DNA of 64,000 bases from Eledone cirrhosa (GCA_964016885.1 OZ024740.1:123690001-123754000), one strand, 5' to 3'. Positions 24,207-39,273 are shown, counted from the first letter of the stretch. Program-made: numbers and translations. The notes: generated by a model from the sequence alone, not told the origin.

Positions 24207-26318
24207 TTAGAATTAGGATGTCCGCTCCATCATAGCTACATACATACATACATGTATGTGAGGTTCGTACATTATTCAATATAAACACACACATGCACAC
24301 ACACATACATACCTACCTACACACACACACACACACACACATACACACACAAATATGTTTCTATATGTATATTATTCTTTCTCCTATTCTGAATGAAAAT
24401 ATAAATCAATTATTCAGGATGTTGAAGTGATCAAATTAGACAGCAAGCTATCACTTGTTGAGACATAGGGTGGAAGGGTTACTGATACTTTTTGTTTATT
24501 ACCTTCTTTTGTATATGTGTGGATACATACATACATGTATGCACGTACACACACACACAAACACACATAGGTCATCTGAAATCAGAGTTCATCATCTTCC
24601 CTCTTTCTTTCTTTCTCTCTCTATATAAATATATGCGTGTGTGTGCATGTGTTTGTATATGTGTATGTGTGTGTATATGTATATGTATGTGTGTATATAT
24701 GTCTGTGTGTATATATACATGTGCATGTGTGTATATATATGTACATGTGCATGTGTGTGTATATCTATATATGTATGTGTGTGTGTGTGTGTGTATTGTT
24801 AGGCAGCAGAAATTCACATGCGATGGCAGATAATTTTAGAGTTAGAAGATAAGGGATATTATTTGGTCCAATATGTGTCATAAGTTAAGCAATAATAACA
24901 CAGTAATGAAGTGGACTATTAAATTTATATTGTTTAGATTCTTGTCTGTGTGTTTTGAGTTTAATTCTTGCCATTGCCATCTTTTACTCTTCCACAATGT
25001 AGTCTTAGTTATATGGTAAAAGGTCGAATAGTCATAGCTTAAATTTCTTTAGTCATAATTCTACTCAATGAGAGATGACTTATGTGTAAATAACACAAGC
25101 AATCTCTTTAATTCCAAGCATAAGCACAAAACTAGAAATATTCAAAAGAGGGTATAATTAAGTCCAACATTACAATACTTGACTGATATTTTATTTTATT
25201 GAGACTGTAAGGCCGAAAGACAAACATTAACCATGGCTGCATTTGAATTCAGAAGTTAAAAGTTATTTTACTAAATACATCACAAGAATTATATCTGCAG
25301 GATGAAGTTGATGCTCACCCAGTGCCACACTGGCATTTTAGTTATTTCCCCTTTGTGTTCAATTCATTTTATTTTTATATATTTTGAAATATGGTCATGT
25401 GTGATACATCAATTTGTTACTTTACTAGTTGGTCAAACTTACTTCTGCTAAGCTATTTTATCAATTACATTGGACTGAAAGTCAAAATCAATCTGAGTAG
25501 GATTAGAGCAGAAATACTTAATAGATCATCATATATTTAGCCTATCCTGATTGCCTACCACACAGATGAAGATCTACATTTATATCATTTACGTTCGATC
25601 TAGGTGAAGTTTAAAATTTGGTTAGCTAAGCTATAGCAACAATTTATAGATTCTAGAATATGACATCAGTATTAATATTAGAATTTATAGATTAGTCTCC
25701 TGACTCACAAAACCATCACTTTCCTCACCACCAAAACAAATCTCTAATGTCGAAAGATGTAGAGTAAACAGCCTAGATAGACAGGTTTCTTAGACAGAAA
25801 CTGATTTATTGTATGTGGGAGATTTCAAGGTAATATTAGGATTCTTTGAGCAGATCATATAGCTTAACTAATGATTGATATATAACTATCACATTGGGAT
25901 TGTACATTGAATCAACAACAGGCATCAAGTTATGATAAAAAGAAACAAAGGAATAAGAAGGAAACAAAGAAATCAGATTGAAAGAATCTTTTGGTTATTT
26001 GGAACCTTATAAATATTGAAGAATTAATCAGTCATAATATTGCTTTATAGTGGAAGTAATGAAAAATCTATCAGAGGAAAGATATCTTAAATGAGGAACT
26101 GTCTACTATATATCATCATTATTTATGTCCATTATTCCATGATGGCATGAGTTGGATGTGACATCATAGTCAATTAATAGATAGATTGCGGAGCTATACC
26201 CCACTCATATGTTCCACTGTACTGGATATAAATTAATAATACTAGTATAAGGCTATACACACACACACACACACATATACATATACATATATGTCTGTGT
26301 GTATGTTTGCATGTATGT

Positions 26319-26365
<47 letters not shown>

Positions 26366-27825
26366 TATATATATATATATACGATATTAAATAAATGGAA
26401 ATTATATTTATAAAACCATATTTATTTCATTATATATATTTCAGGGATATCATATTAAAAATATGTTATGCCTTCTTCAGACAAAATACAATATAAACAG
26501 TCTTATAAATAGATAGATTCGACATACCTTTCAACTTCGACTTGCATTTGAAAAGTTGATTTGGTAGTGAAAAATATTATGGACAGTTATAAAAAGAAAG
26601 AAAGAAAGAAAGAAAGAAAAACGAAGAAAAAGAAGAAATGCATGCAACTAAATAGAGAGAGATAGATATAGAGAAGAAATTCATGTAAAGAAACAGAGAG
26701 AGATATATAGAGAGATGAAAAAACACAGAGGGAGATAGATAGAGAGAGAGAGAGAGAAGAGAGAGAGAAAATATAGAGAGATAGATATAGATAGAGATAG
26801 AGAGAAAGAAAATAGGTAGTTGGGCACCAGTTGAATGACGTATCAATGATATATTTATTTATTTATTTATTTATTTATTTAGCTCTAGTGTTAATGTAGA
26901 GAGAGATATATGTGGTTAGGAGAGAAAACAGCCGTTACATAGAGAGAAAAGAAAAATATCCAGACATAAACGAGGCAGATTTAAAACACTATGTTTCATC
27001 AATGTAAAAAATATCAATTCGTATAAATCAGGCATTATAATGTAAATATCAGTATTCATGAATGAGACACGTATCAATAATGTGTGAAAAATAATGATCA
27101 TATGTCTAGTTTAAAATTCCTAGGTTTATATCAGAGCTGAGTTAAATAGAAGGTTATCCCAGATTCGATACTATAGACATCCATGTGAATTTACGTGATC
27201 AGCTCTGCAAATTCCTAATTCACACGAAAACATTCTCATTGTGCTATAAACATTCTAGTATACATATATGTGTACATACACACAAATATATATAGAGTCT
27301 ACATTAATTTTAACAATACTATTCTTGTCTTTACTCTACATGATTATCGTTCAAGCATAAATAGAGAACAGATATCAATATATCAATAAAAATATCAGAA
27401 ACAGGAAATAAACAAAAAACAAAAAAATATTTAAAATATTAAAAATAAAAATATTAAAAATATTAAAAATAAAAATAAAACATAGTATGCCCCGCAAATC
27501 AACCACAGAGATCAACCCTTCAAAGTTAATTGACAATATATTGCCAAGTTCGTTATAAGCATCAGAATCAAAAGCAAACAAAACCAAAAATTATTTACCA
27601 AATCCTGTCTAGCAGAAAACACTCCAAAAGTTTATGATACCCATTTGATCTACAGATGTTCTTTTATTTAATATAGAAGTTTATCTAGTGTAAAATTTAT
27701 TCGATATATTTGGAGCATCAGCTTTTAGGGTAGTTTAATTATTCATGAAGAATGTTTAAAATAAAAAAGAAATCGAAAGATTTATCGGCAAGTTTCATAA
27801 ATAATTATAAATCAAACTAAATATA

Positions 27826-29915
27826 CTACATTTTAAATTTATATTTATATTTAAAAGTTGAGTTCAATCTATGTCTGCAGCAACTGAATAAATTTGTCCG
27901 TAAATTAAGGGAATTTTTAGATTTTAGTATAAAGAATATCTCCTCCGCGCAGTGGTCACATGTCTCAGAGGATGAATTAAAAGGAATCCCTCTTGAGACT
28001 ATATTCCAAGCCGTCGAATATCCAACGTTATCATGCCTAAGTTGCCAGAGTAAGCCTGATAGCGCTGTTGAAGATTTTTTGCTTGGATCTGTGAAAGAAT
28101 TCTTGTGGTTATTATAGCGAAGTTTAAATTCTGTCGAGGTGGAACCAACATAGTTAAAAGAATTTAAGTCCGTTTTAACATTACAGTTGTATATTATATT
28201 TTTAACTAAGCAATTGTTATTTAACGGACATTTAGATCTATCTCTACAGTTACATTTGTTAACTTGGATATTATTTATGCTATTATCGGTATTTTGGCTA
28301 GGTTTTAAATTCCTATTATTTATTCTATTAATATTTTGGGCTAAATTTTTGGTGGATGAGTAAGTTAATTTTATAGTATGTCTATTGAAAATTGAGTGAT
28401 ACCTATGTGTTCTAGGGAAGCGATTATCAAGAGCATTAAAAATAGTTTAGCGATGTGGGTTTTAATGTTTAGTGAGAAAGGGGGGGGGGGGCAAACCATA
28501 TTATATTCCTAGTTCTATTTCTTTTTTGGCTTTTGGAATTATTGTAATGCTTTCTATTATAGTTGTTAAAGTTGTTGCCGTAATTAAAATAGTTGTTATT
28601 TTGGTTAGTTTGTCTATTATTATCTATGTACATAATTTTATCACTATATCCTGCTCTAGCTAACGCTTCATTGTAATACTGGGCTTTTTCGTCGAAAATC
28701 TTTTTATTAGATGAGATTCTAGAGATACGTTTTTGAACAGAGTTTACTATAGTATTTTTAACAGATCTGGGGTGGTTAGAGTTAAAGCTGACATAGTTTA
28801 AGTTTTCATTCAACTTGTGAAATGGATAGTGAAGACATGTGTTGAGATTTAATGTTACATCTAGGAAATTGACTATTCTATGGTTATTCTCAATTTCTAT
28901 TTTTAGATTAAAGTAAATAAAAAATTGTGTAATTTGTTTTCTTTTTCTATTTAGTTCAGAGTTATTATTTTCAATAAGTAAAAGCATGTCATCTCTATGT
29001 AAACCTCCGGTAGCACCGGATATTTTCATATGCAGCGAATTGATTAAAAATAGGCCCACAAGGTCAGTTACCTGAGCTGAGTCGGATGATCCCATAGTAA
29101 TGTCGAAATTGTTATCTCTATCTGCTCTGGTCCATAGTTGGTCATTAAATTCTATCAATGTTTTCCTAGCCGATAATATAATGTGCATTTCATTGCTAGT
29201 TAGGTCTGTATGTTTGAATGCGTAATTTAGTGCCTTATTTAGTAGATTAGGGGTAATAGATGAATAATAGTTAGCAATATCTAGTTGAATAAACTTATTA
29301 TTATTGTTATATTTAATTTCTTTAAACCACTCAACAACCTCTCCAGTCCCCTTCCACAAGCTCAAGTTAGGTAAACAATGCAAGTTTTTAATTTGCTGTA
29401 TCACCCTGTCTAGAATGTTTTTGCTTAGTTTACCCAGGTCCGATTTTGATGGTGCAATCAATCTGACTGGCAGGTCATTTTCAAAATTTCTTTTGTGATC
29501 TTTCATATTGATCTTCGGTTTCCTGGGCACGAAAGGTTGTGTTCTGTTCTCAATTTCCAACTCATGCATTATACAAGATGCCTCAACATTCATTTTCTCA
29601 AGCTCGGCCTTATCTGCTACCTTGTACCTTTTCCTCAGTTCTTTCAGTATGAGGCCATTATACATGTCTTTTTGCACTCCATAGAGGTTGTTGGTCTTGT
29701 CAGATTTCACCAAGATCTTCTCAGTTTTCTTTAAGCTCTCAATATTATCCTTAATGCCTTTCAGATACTCCTGGCCTTTGAAGTTTCTCTTGAATTTGAC
29801 TCCTTGTATGATAGAAATTATATCGTTTTCAAAGTCAAATAAAAGTTTGTTGGGGTGGATTTCTTTTAGATTTGAAAACTTTGTCTAAGTCCGAGACATT
29901 TTCATTTATATTAGA
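27826..29915 (-). pseudogene. PLE RT + GIY-YIG ORF, frameshifted near the C-run at ~28480-28491
   Basis: VKSDKT, KDHK..VRLI, LDIANYYSSI, MGSSDSAQVTDLVG, GGLHRDD, CNCRDRSKCPLNNNCL, NIIYNC..NYVGST..RYNNH, CDHC, CCRH. Confidence 0.93.
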
Positions 29916-30126
29916 TTTATCTTCTCTCTATCTATCTCTCTATATCTATCTCTCTCTATTTAGTTGCATGCATTTCTTCTTTTTCTTCGTTTTTCTTTCT
30001 TTCTTTCTTTCTTTCTTTCTTTTTATAACTGTCCATAATATTTTTCACTACCAAATCAACTTTTCAAATGCAAGTCGAAGTTGAAAGGTATGTCGAATCT
30101 ATCTATTTATAAGACTGTTTATATTG

Positions 30127-30194
30127 TATTTTGTCTGAAGAAGGCATAACATATTTTTAATATGATATCCCTGAAATATATATATAATGAAATA
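30127..30194 (+). ncRNA. Hammerhead-like motif in pLTR (mirror copy ~26422-26488, minus)
   Basis: TATTTTGT-CTGAAGA-AGG..CATATT/AATATG..CCT-GAAA-TATATA..ATGAAATA. Confidence 0.55.
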
Positions 30195-30519
30195 AATATG
30201 GTTTTATAAATATAATTTCCATTTATTTAATATCGTAAATATACTCCAAATACTTGTTGAGTGCTTTTATATCAGTTATAAATATTTACTCGTTGTAACC
30301 CAACAATTTAAATAAAACTTTGCATATATATATATATATATATATAATATCATCATCATTTAATGTTTGTTTACTTTGCTAGCAAGGGTTAGGCAGGTTG
30401 CTACAGATTGAAGCAGTACTCAAATGGAGTCACTAGGGGCCTGTGTCTTGTTTACATATGCTCTGACACTATACAAGGTGCATTTTATTATGGCATCAAA
30501 ATTAGGGAGGCTATCATGT

Positions 30520-31065
30520 CAACAAAGTGGAAAATCCCTTCATCTCCATGACCGAAGAAAGCACAACAGAGCTGCAACACACTTAAGAACATGCTCATCG
30601 TTTTTTTCAACATACATGGAGAATCGCGAATTTGTCCTCCAATGCCAGACAGTCAATCAAGATTTCCACAGCAACATTTTCAGGAATTTGAGGGAGGATG
30701 TTTGGCAAAAGCGACAAGATCTGTGGAGTGCAAAGAATTGGATTCTTCATGATGACATTGCACACTGTCACCTAGTACATTTCGCTCTTGAGTTTCTTGC
30801 CAAAAATAATATTGTATCTCTTCTACACCTGCCTTATTTGCCAGATTTAGCACCTGCAGAGTTCCATCACTTCTCCAAGCTAAAAATGCAACTCAAAGGT
30901 TGCCATTTTAACACCGTTGCCAAGATCCAGAGCAAATCACACAAGATCCTTGACTCGCTTATGGAAAACAACTTCCAGGCCAGATTCAAAAAGTAGCAGG
31001 AATGCTAGGACAAGTGTATTGCTGCGCAAGGTGATTGTTTCAAATGAGATGATGTTAAAACTTAA
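30520..31065 (+). pseudogene. Tc1/mariner transposase C-terminal remnant
   Basis: EFVLQCQTVNQDF, WILHDDIAHCH (cf. HDNARPH), PYLPDLAPAEF (cf. YSPDLAPSDF), FSKLKMQLKG. Confidence 0.88.
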
Positions 31066-31152
31066 GTAAATATATTACTTCTTTTTAAACATAATTAATC
31101 CTGGATCTCTTTGATACCTCCTCATATATATAGTCTATATATATATATATAT

Positions 31153-31393
31153 TTAATTAGAAAGTGAACAACAAAAAATATAACTGCACTATTACCAAAG
31201 GTTTCTGGCTCCCAGACAATATTAATATACATCTGGATCGGTCATCAGACATATATTAATATTGTCTGGGATCCATAAATCTTTGGTAATGGAGTAGTTA
31301 TATTTTGTGTTGTTTACTTTCTAATTAAATAGCTCTGTGCTATACATAGAGCACTCTTTTTTCCTTTGCTTTTCCTTTGGAATTACCTAACAT
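31153..31393 (+). mobile_element. Fold-back PLE remnant; intact HHR core on the inverted arm (31190-31250, minus)
   Basis: Minus strand reads CTGATGA-CCGATCCAGA..TCTGGGAGCCA-GAAAC-CTTTG-GTA. Same tail as 23055-23303. Confidence 0.72.
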
Positions 31394-32905
31394 ATATATA
31401 TATATATATATATATTGTGTAGATCACCAACACTAGAGAGGATGTCCTGCCACTGACACAGCTAAATAGTCTTCTTAAACATGTTTATATGGTATCTACA
31501 GGTTATATTGAGTCCAAAGTTTTCGTGGCACCAGCACTAGAAAGTTTGTCAACCATTGACTCAACTTAAAGTCACTCTAAGGACAAGGGTGAGGTGTATA
31601 TCATTGGAGTGTGTCAGAGTTTTAGAAGAGGGATTTAGAGTAGAGGGAGAGGTGGGTGATGCCCCCTTGGTAGTGTGTATGAGTGTTAGGATTTAGGAGG
31701 TTTGGGATTGTCAATGTTGCTGAGAATAGCTAATATGGGGCACTGATTTGTGGAGGGGTGGTTATGAAAAGGTTGGGATGCCTTTCATAGTGAGGATAGT
31801 TACTCAGGGATGATGTGTGGATGGGCTATGTCATGAAATATAAATACCTCAGTTATAAAAATATATTACTTCTATTCATTAACAATAGATACATTCTATT
31901 GTTTCAGAATGCTATTTTACAATATTCTAGAATACCATTATTTCATTTTCTAGAATTTCAAAAGGTAAATGAAGGCTATTACCTGGTTTCTTAACATTAA
32001 AAATATATATTTATTATTTTTTTAACTACCACCAAAATTTCCTAAATTTGGTAATTCTGTTTTCCCCTTTTAATGTTTGACCTTTTGGACATCTATAAAA
32101 CTATTTTTTACCAATTATTCACTTTTTCTGTTTCTAAAGATTTAAGTAGCTATTTTCTTGAACAACTTCAACATTGCATTATTTATTCATTGTAAAACTT
32201 GTTAATGTAAAAACTTTTAAAATTGCATGTATTTTTAATTTTTTTATTTTTTATTTTTTTTTTGGCTTTTGTAGCTATGATTTCTTTTGCAAAGTTTATG
32301 ACAGAAGTAGTAGGATGCTGAAAGTGAAACCAGAATTATTCCAGCTACCCCATCAATTTTAAAGACACAATGTCCCTATGAATAGATTATGCATTGTGTC
32401 CTTCCTCTTTTGATATGATATAGTATGATATGAAGGAAATTTGATTATTTTTATCACTTAAATGTTCAATTGTTGACTCAATTTGAGTCCTGTTTAATGG
32501 AGCTAGTGCATATTATCTAATTATATTTTAACCATTTCATTACGATATTTCTAATGAAAAACATTGCCCATGGTTTTAAAATTATTTTTTTAATAATCAG
32601 GAGATATGTATAGTATTACCTGACACTGATTAAATCCTTGTGTAGTAGTTCTTTGTATCTGAAAGGGAAAACGTTTGTGCAACTGCTTGATGATAGTTGA
32701 ATAGTCCTCACACACGGATACTTTAGCCACCAAACTATCATGCATGGCACTAACATGATTAATATTAGTCTTGGATATGCAATTAGTGTGAATCTTATTT
32801 GTATATTGTGCTTTTCACAATCTTGGCAGAGGTTTTTTGGCTGGTTGCCCTTCCTATTTTCAACCACCTTATAGTGTGGACTGGGTGCATTAATTTTGTC
32901 TAACT

Positions 32906-33077
32906 AGTATCGGTAGAGGGTCGGACACCATGCTTTGAAGCATAGAGTTACGTTCCTTTATGATCTGATTTCATATCCCGCCGAGGTTAACTTTACCTTT
33001 CATCCTTACGGGGTCGATAACATAAAGTACCAGTAATGTACTGGGTAATTGCTGGCCTTGTGCCTAAAATAGAAACA
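32906..33077 (+). mobile_element. Deu/Nin-core SINE with 17-bp TSD
   Basis: ATTAATTTTGTCTAACT at 32889-32905 and 33078-33094. Confidence 0.92.
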
Positions 33078-34823
33078 ATTAATTTTGTCTAACTGGATTC
33101 AAGAGTCCATTCCAACTTATATCAGTTTCTATTCAGAGTGACTGCTCTCTTAGATGGTATGTGTTCACTATAGCTTATGGAATCTATGTTTATATATATA
33201 TATGTGTGTGTGTGTGTGAAAAGTAAAAGGAAAAGCCATAACAGACAATGAAGTACAATGAAGATACATATTAGTTTCATGCTTAATATAGTAGGAAAAG
33301 TCTTAATGTTTTAGTCTAACCCTTCACCGGAAAATAGAATGAGAAATTAAAGAAGAAATAGAATAATAGAGGAGAGTGAACAGTGGCAGAAACAAAAAGA
33401 AAAATTGTATTCGAGAAAAATAATGTCTATTCATTTTCCCATCCCTAATTATGTTATTTCATCTACTTAAATTTCACTCATGAGTTATCATCTAACTTAA
33501 AGCTACAGTAGAAAACATGTGCTTAACAATAGTAAAAACACAAAACCATTCTATTGCAAAGGGAACTACTTAAGCACATGCCTATGCCTGGACACACACA
33601 TCCATACTCCTCATATATATAAGAAAAGTCAACAAGATAAAACAACACAAGAAAACTATACAATACAATGATAATATATTAGTTTAAAGCTTGATATAAT
33701 TGGAAAAAAGTCTTAATGTTTCAGATGCTAGTCTGGAAGATAAAAAATGAGGAAAAAAAAGATGTTTGGGAGAGAGAATAAAAGCAAAGACAACTGAGAG
33801 CAAGAAAGAAAATGGGGAGAAGGGTAGAGGGGAGATAAAGTATGTTTTGTTATTCAACCATCTTAAAAAAAAGAAACTGCTCTTTGGAGTCTAGTACAGC
33901 ACATTTTGACAATGTGCTGTATTCTATTTGGGAATTGGTTACATAACATTTAACATTCAAATTAAATCTCGTTTATCTCATACGTCACTTGACCTACCCT
34001 TCCACTTCATATGTTACAAACTTTCCCCTCAACCATCATTCCCACACTTTTTCTTCTGCTCACATCCCCTCTCACGCTTTTCCTTCCTCCTTAAATCACC
34101 CACATCCCACACACAATGCACATTTGCATTATTCACCTTTTTCATTCATAATTTTATAATCAAGAAAGCAACAAACATATATTCCCTCTCTCTTTCTCCC
34201 TCTCTCTCCCTCTCTCTTTCTTTCCCTCTCTCTTTCTTTCTTTCCTTCTATCTCTTTCTTTCTTTCCTTCTTTCTTCCACTCTCTCTCTCTTTTCCCTTT
34301 TCAAAGAAGAAAGACAAATGTCTGAAACATTACATTATTTTATCAAACCAATTCACTGAACATTGTTAGTTGTGAAAATTCCTTTAACTAGAGCTGTCAC
34401 ATCTCAAATTACCGAAGTTATTCAGAGCAAGGTTTACATTTTATCTAAATAATATTTACATAGTCATGATTTCCATGCTTATTGTTCATTTATATCTCTA
34501 TAGCCTGTTATTAGTTTTCCTAAAGTAATTTGTTTTAGATAATAACAGGTTATTCTAATTCTGGTGAACGTATTCTCTGCATTTCTGGAGAAAAATTCTC
34601 CTCTGTTATTTTCAAAAGGCAAGCTTTAGTACAAATCTTTTTTTCTTTATCTCTGTACGTCTTAATCTCTTATATAAGATTGTTACTCACAGTTTTTAAG
34701 ACAACTGCATACAATTTGATGCTGCATTTTATCAGTGTTTATTTTGTGTGTCCTTGCTAGATGTACTGTGTCTTTTATTTTACTGGAAACATCGGTAAGA
34801 ATGATCTTCACTATAAATGGTGC

Positions 34824-34866
<43 letters not shown>

Positions 34867-35927
34867 CTTTGTTAGGTAGTATCATATCAGCCACAATATA
34901 TTATTTAATCTTCTAAATTCAATAAGTAAATAAATACAGGCATCTGTATATAACTCTATTTCCATTATTTTGTTGTGTGTATCTTGTGGTGTTAAATGAA
35001 TCTTATCCTAGGAACAGCAACCATCACAAACTGCTGTTACTGTATTTATTTGTTTAATTTTTACTTTAGCTTTTGCCATTTTTCTGGGCAGAAAAACTTT
35101 TTATGATATTTTACTGCCACGTGTTTAGCAGCTGGACTTTCTGCCCTGCAATACCCGTTCTTATACTTTTCTGTCTACACTCAGTCAAAGCACAATTCTG
35201 AGATTACTTTAGAGCCTTGTGGGCCCAGGAAGATTTGTATGAACAGATTCTACTTGACTACATATTACTAAACCTTGCTTTAATGTTGACGACCTGGCCA
35301 CATTGTGCTATGAAGGTGAACATGATCCAAAGATCAATGTTATCATTTGGTATCTTTTATTTTGACCTTCATGTTCCACCATCCCAAATCCCTCAGAATT
35401 AAGTTATGAACAAGTGTGTAAAATTAACTGAGCTTGTCTTTTTGTACCATCTGTTTACAGATTCTGTCTTAGTACTAACATGTGTCTAGACATACCACTT
35501 TAGATATAAACAGAATTAAGCTATTCCCCTTCTGTACATTTCTCAATATTTAATTAAATCAAACAGGAGAATTTGTTCTAATATCTTTTCATGAATTAAC
35601 TTCTACATTAACTGCATTAGCTTTGAAATATATTTTAAACCATATAACTTAGAAATAGAACTGATATAACTGTTAATTTATATAATGGATATGACAATCT
35701 CTCTAGTCCTGGTGCCATGATAATCTGTACACAATACAATCTATAAAGTGCTTGGCATTAGGGAGAGCATCCAGCCATAGAAACCTCAGCCCTTTCAGTG
35801 AAATTTGGTCTCTCAATCCTTTAAGTGGAAAGTAACTATGTGAAAAAAAGATTTGATCTGTATTGACTCATCAAAACTTTGTAAATGATAATGATGATAA
35901 CTCTTTCTTATTATCCTTGTGTTATCC

Positions 35928-36111
35928 TTTCTACTTTTGGCACAAGGCCAGCAATTACCCAGTGTATTACTGGTACTTATTTTATCGACCCGTAAGGATG
36001 AAAGTCAAAGTTGACCTCGGCGGGATTTGAACTCAGAATGGAAAGGACCGTAACTCTATGCGTCAAAGCATGACGTCCGACCCTCTACCGATACTGCCAA
36101 TCCACCACCCT
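35928..36111 (-). mobile_element. Deu/Nin-core SINE, full length
   Basis: Reverse complement of 15084-15270 with substitutions. Confidence 0.9.
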
Positions 36112-36989
36112 TTAATGCTGCCTAATATTAATACTGAGATATTATTTATTATTAATTCTGCTTAATATTAATAATAAATAATATCTCAGTAAGCACAATA
36201 TTGAGGGATTGCTCATAAGAATTGTCAGAAAAGTGCCAAAATGGAGGCTTAAGTGGTGTTGTATGTTCATAGAGATGAAATTACAGAATTTATAGGCTAT
36301 TCCTTCTGGAAAGTTCTTATCTGATTGAACCTTACAGACGTGACGAAGGTGGGAGGAATGAAGCCATAGAGAAATCAACAAAAAGACTGAATCATAGGAT
36401 ACATGTTGAGGCCTGATAATACTTCGTTTTGTCAACTGATGCTAAAAAACTCAAAACACCTCATGACTCAAGATTACACTGATTATGAATCAATCCCAGC
36501 TCATCCATGAGACATGTATTGCACATCAAACTGTAATATAGAGCAGCAACTGTAATTATTAGACACACATTTAATTGACATTGGAGGAGAGGAGGATCCA
36601 ATCAATAAATAAACTAATCTCAGTACAGCACTGATTTGTGTTATATCTACAATAGAAGTATGAAAAACTAAGTCATCACCAGTGACATTTTGTTTAGAAA
36701 GTAAATGACATTTCATTGAATCTAAATATGAACGGCCATATAATTTTAATAATGATGGTTTCTGATTTAGCCAATAATTTTGGTGGAGGAGAAAGTCAAT
36801 TAAGTCGATCCTAGTGCATTACTGGTACTTTATTTTATCAACCCCATCAGGCAAAGCTAACCATTTCATGTATCGATCTAAAATTGTACATTGCAGACAA
36901 AATATAGACCTGAAGTGTGGGCAATAAAAATGAGACCATAGAGTTCTCAAAATAGGAAAACGAGTGAAAAACTAATATTAAAATTGATA

Positions 36990-37570
36990 AAAACTGTGAT
37001 AAGAGAATTAGATCAAATAGGGACATTCAAATACTTAGGAATCAATGAACTAGATGGGTTTCAACACACAAATATGAAAGAAAAGATTAGTAAGAAATGC
37101 TATAGACAGATTAGATTGCTACTAGAGAATCCAGTAGGAAGCTAGAGTTTAAACATTCTGAATAGGATGCTAAAGGAACTATCAGGACAAGACAGAAAAA
37201 GAATGAAAAGCAAAGCTAGCCTCTGCAGGATTTGAAGGTGTATGTTTTATGAGGAGATGTGGCTTGCCCCGTTGACACAAAAGTGCAAGAAAATGAGAGA
37301 GAGAAAATTAACTAGTGTCAGGATCTAAAGTGGGAACTAAAAAGGATTTGGAACTGTCACGAGATCAATATTATCCTCATCATCATATGAGCACTAGGTA
37401 CTGTCTCAAATAATTTCCAAGGCTGGGTAAAGACCATTAGCTCAGCTACCTTTTTTGGAACACTTCAAAAGGCTAATGGTCTTTATCAGGCCTTGGAAAT
37501 TCTTTGATGCAGAAATGAATCTGCCAGTCTACCACTAACTAATAATAACACAACAAAAATAATTAAAATA
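36990..37570 (+). pseudogene. R4/Dong-like (RLE) non-LTR retrotransposon remnant
   Basis: FKYLGINELDGFQHTNMKEKISKKCYRQIR; DVACPVDTKV..EREKI, QDLKWELKRIW, ALGTV; AAT-rich tail. Confidence 0.65.
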
Positions 37571-37574
37571 AATA

Positions 37575-37675
37575 ATTGTTTCTACTTTAGGCACAAGGCC
37601 AGCAAATACCCAGTGCATTACTGGTACTTTATTTTATCGACCCTGTAAGGATGAAAGGCAAAGTCAATCTTGGCA
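37575..37675 (-). mobile_element. Truncated Deu/Nin-core SINE (older degenerate copies ~36755-36860 and ~44680-44870)
   Basis: TGTTTCTACTTTAGGCACAAGGCCAGC..TATCGACCC..GGATGAAAGGCAAAGTC. Confidence 0.85.
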
Positions 37676-39273
37676 AAATAAATAATGATTATGATATCTA
37701 CACAAGGCAAACACTTTGTGTGTTTAAGAGGATTGGCAATAAAATTGAACCCAATACTTGAATAGTATTAATTTTATTTGTTTGAACCATGCAGGCTGAA
37801 ATGAAAAGCCAGACTTGGTAAGATTTAAACTGAGAACATCAAGGCTTCAGTTAAATGCTCTAACACATTACTCATTCACTCCATCCACTACTTCCTATAT
37901 AATAAATTCATTAAATATTGATATATAATGTACATATATAAATGTATAATTTGCTCATCTCTCCCTCCCCCTATCCCTCCCCCTTCTCTCTCTCTCTATA
38001 TATATATATGCATTTATACTTAAATACAAGCACACACACACATGTATATATATATAAACATATACAAATATATATACACACAGACCTTCATACATACATG
38101 CATATATATATATATATATATATATACATGCATACATATACCCACACACACCTAAATTACATTATCTTATTTCTTGTTCTCTTGTATCAATATTTCTATA
38201 TGTGTGCCAAAAACTTGTGTGTCTTTCAGTAATATATGTAGCGATTTGTTGCTCTCTCTTTCTTTGTTATTTGTCACTTTTCTTTGTATGTGTTCATTTA
38301 CATCCAATTTTGTAAAATGTTATTACAATGCTTTGCCATTTATTTTAATATAATTGCTTATAAATATGTAAATAACTCGTACTAAGCTTTGAATATCTGA
38401 TAGGTTCTAACTGAAAGATCCCATAATTATCTCTTGTGAAACTGCGAACTTTTAGCAAAAGAGCTACTTGAATGGAAATCAAATATAGAAGGTTAAGAGG
38501 AATGCAGCTAGTCAAATTGTTTGTGTGCTGGTAGTGATCTACTAACTAATTGTTCAATGTTTCAAATTGTATAACCTGACATTTTTCTGTGTATCTCGTA
38601 AAACACATTCACATTCATTCACCTCGTTCACCTTGATATTATCAAATAATAAGAGCAAGTTTGGATAGTAGTTTTGAAAATGTTAACTGTTATCAGTTGG
38701 TTCTCAAAATATCTCATGACCACATAAAATCTAGATCTGAAATTTGGTTTAAAATGTTCTCTTATAGATAGTGCTTAATACTTTTTTCATCACATTTGTT
38801 ACCCTATTTCTAAAGGCACTGTTTGTTGTTTTTTAATGATTTGGAAAATAATCAAAATTTTGGATTGATATAGTATCATCATCATCATCATCATCAACGT
38901 TTAACGTCCGTGTTCCACGCTTGCATGGGTTTGGACGGGGGTAGTCCCACTTGAGGCAAGAGTGATTGTCTTGCTCGCATAGGACTGACTGGCAGGTTTT
39001 CTACAGTTGGATGCCCTTCCTAACACCAACCACATTTACAGTGTGGGTCTGGGAGGTTTTTACCGTGTTGCCTACACGGCCACATTACAGCGTGGACTGT
39101 GTGTTTTTTTGTCGTGACACCTACACGATCTCATTTGTTTCGGCCTGGATGGCGCGGTACCAACATAACTTTACATAGAACGGGGTGGTGTGGATGGGGT
39201 GGGGGTGGTGGTGGTGGGACGGGGTGTATTTTGTTAGAGATGCCTACTGGCTGGAGTAGGTTTTACTATATAT

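Larger units (their letters stand above)
26382..30325 (-). mobile_element. Penelope-like element: long ORF-bearing arm (26382-~29918) + short opposite arm with tail (~29920-30325)
   Basis: 26382-~26675 is the reverse complement of ~29920-30235. HHR-like CTGAAGA-AGG..CCT-GAAA-TATA in both arms. (TA)n flanks. Confidence 0.88.

Noticed and set aside
33200-33740. Two diverged repeats with a faint minus-strand HHR resemblance (~33295-33335)
   Set aside because: Core too degenerate (CCGGTGA..AAAAC) to call.
32255-34800. Splice-like signals at ~32274 (poly-T TAG) and 34761-34800 (AG..GTAAGA)
   Set aside because: Expected by chance in AT-rich DNA; no recognisable peptide. Needs RNA-seq.
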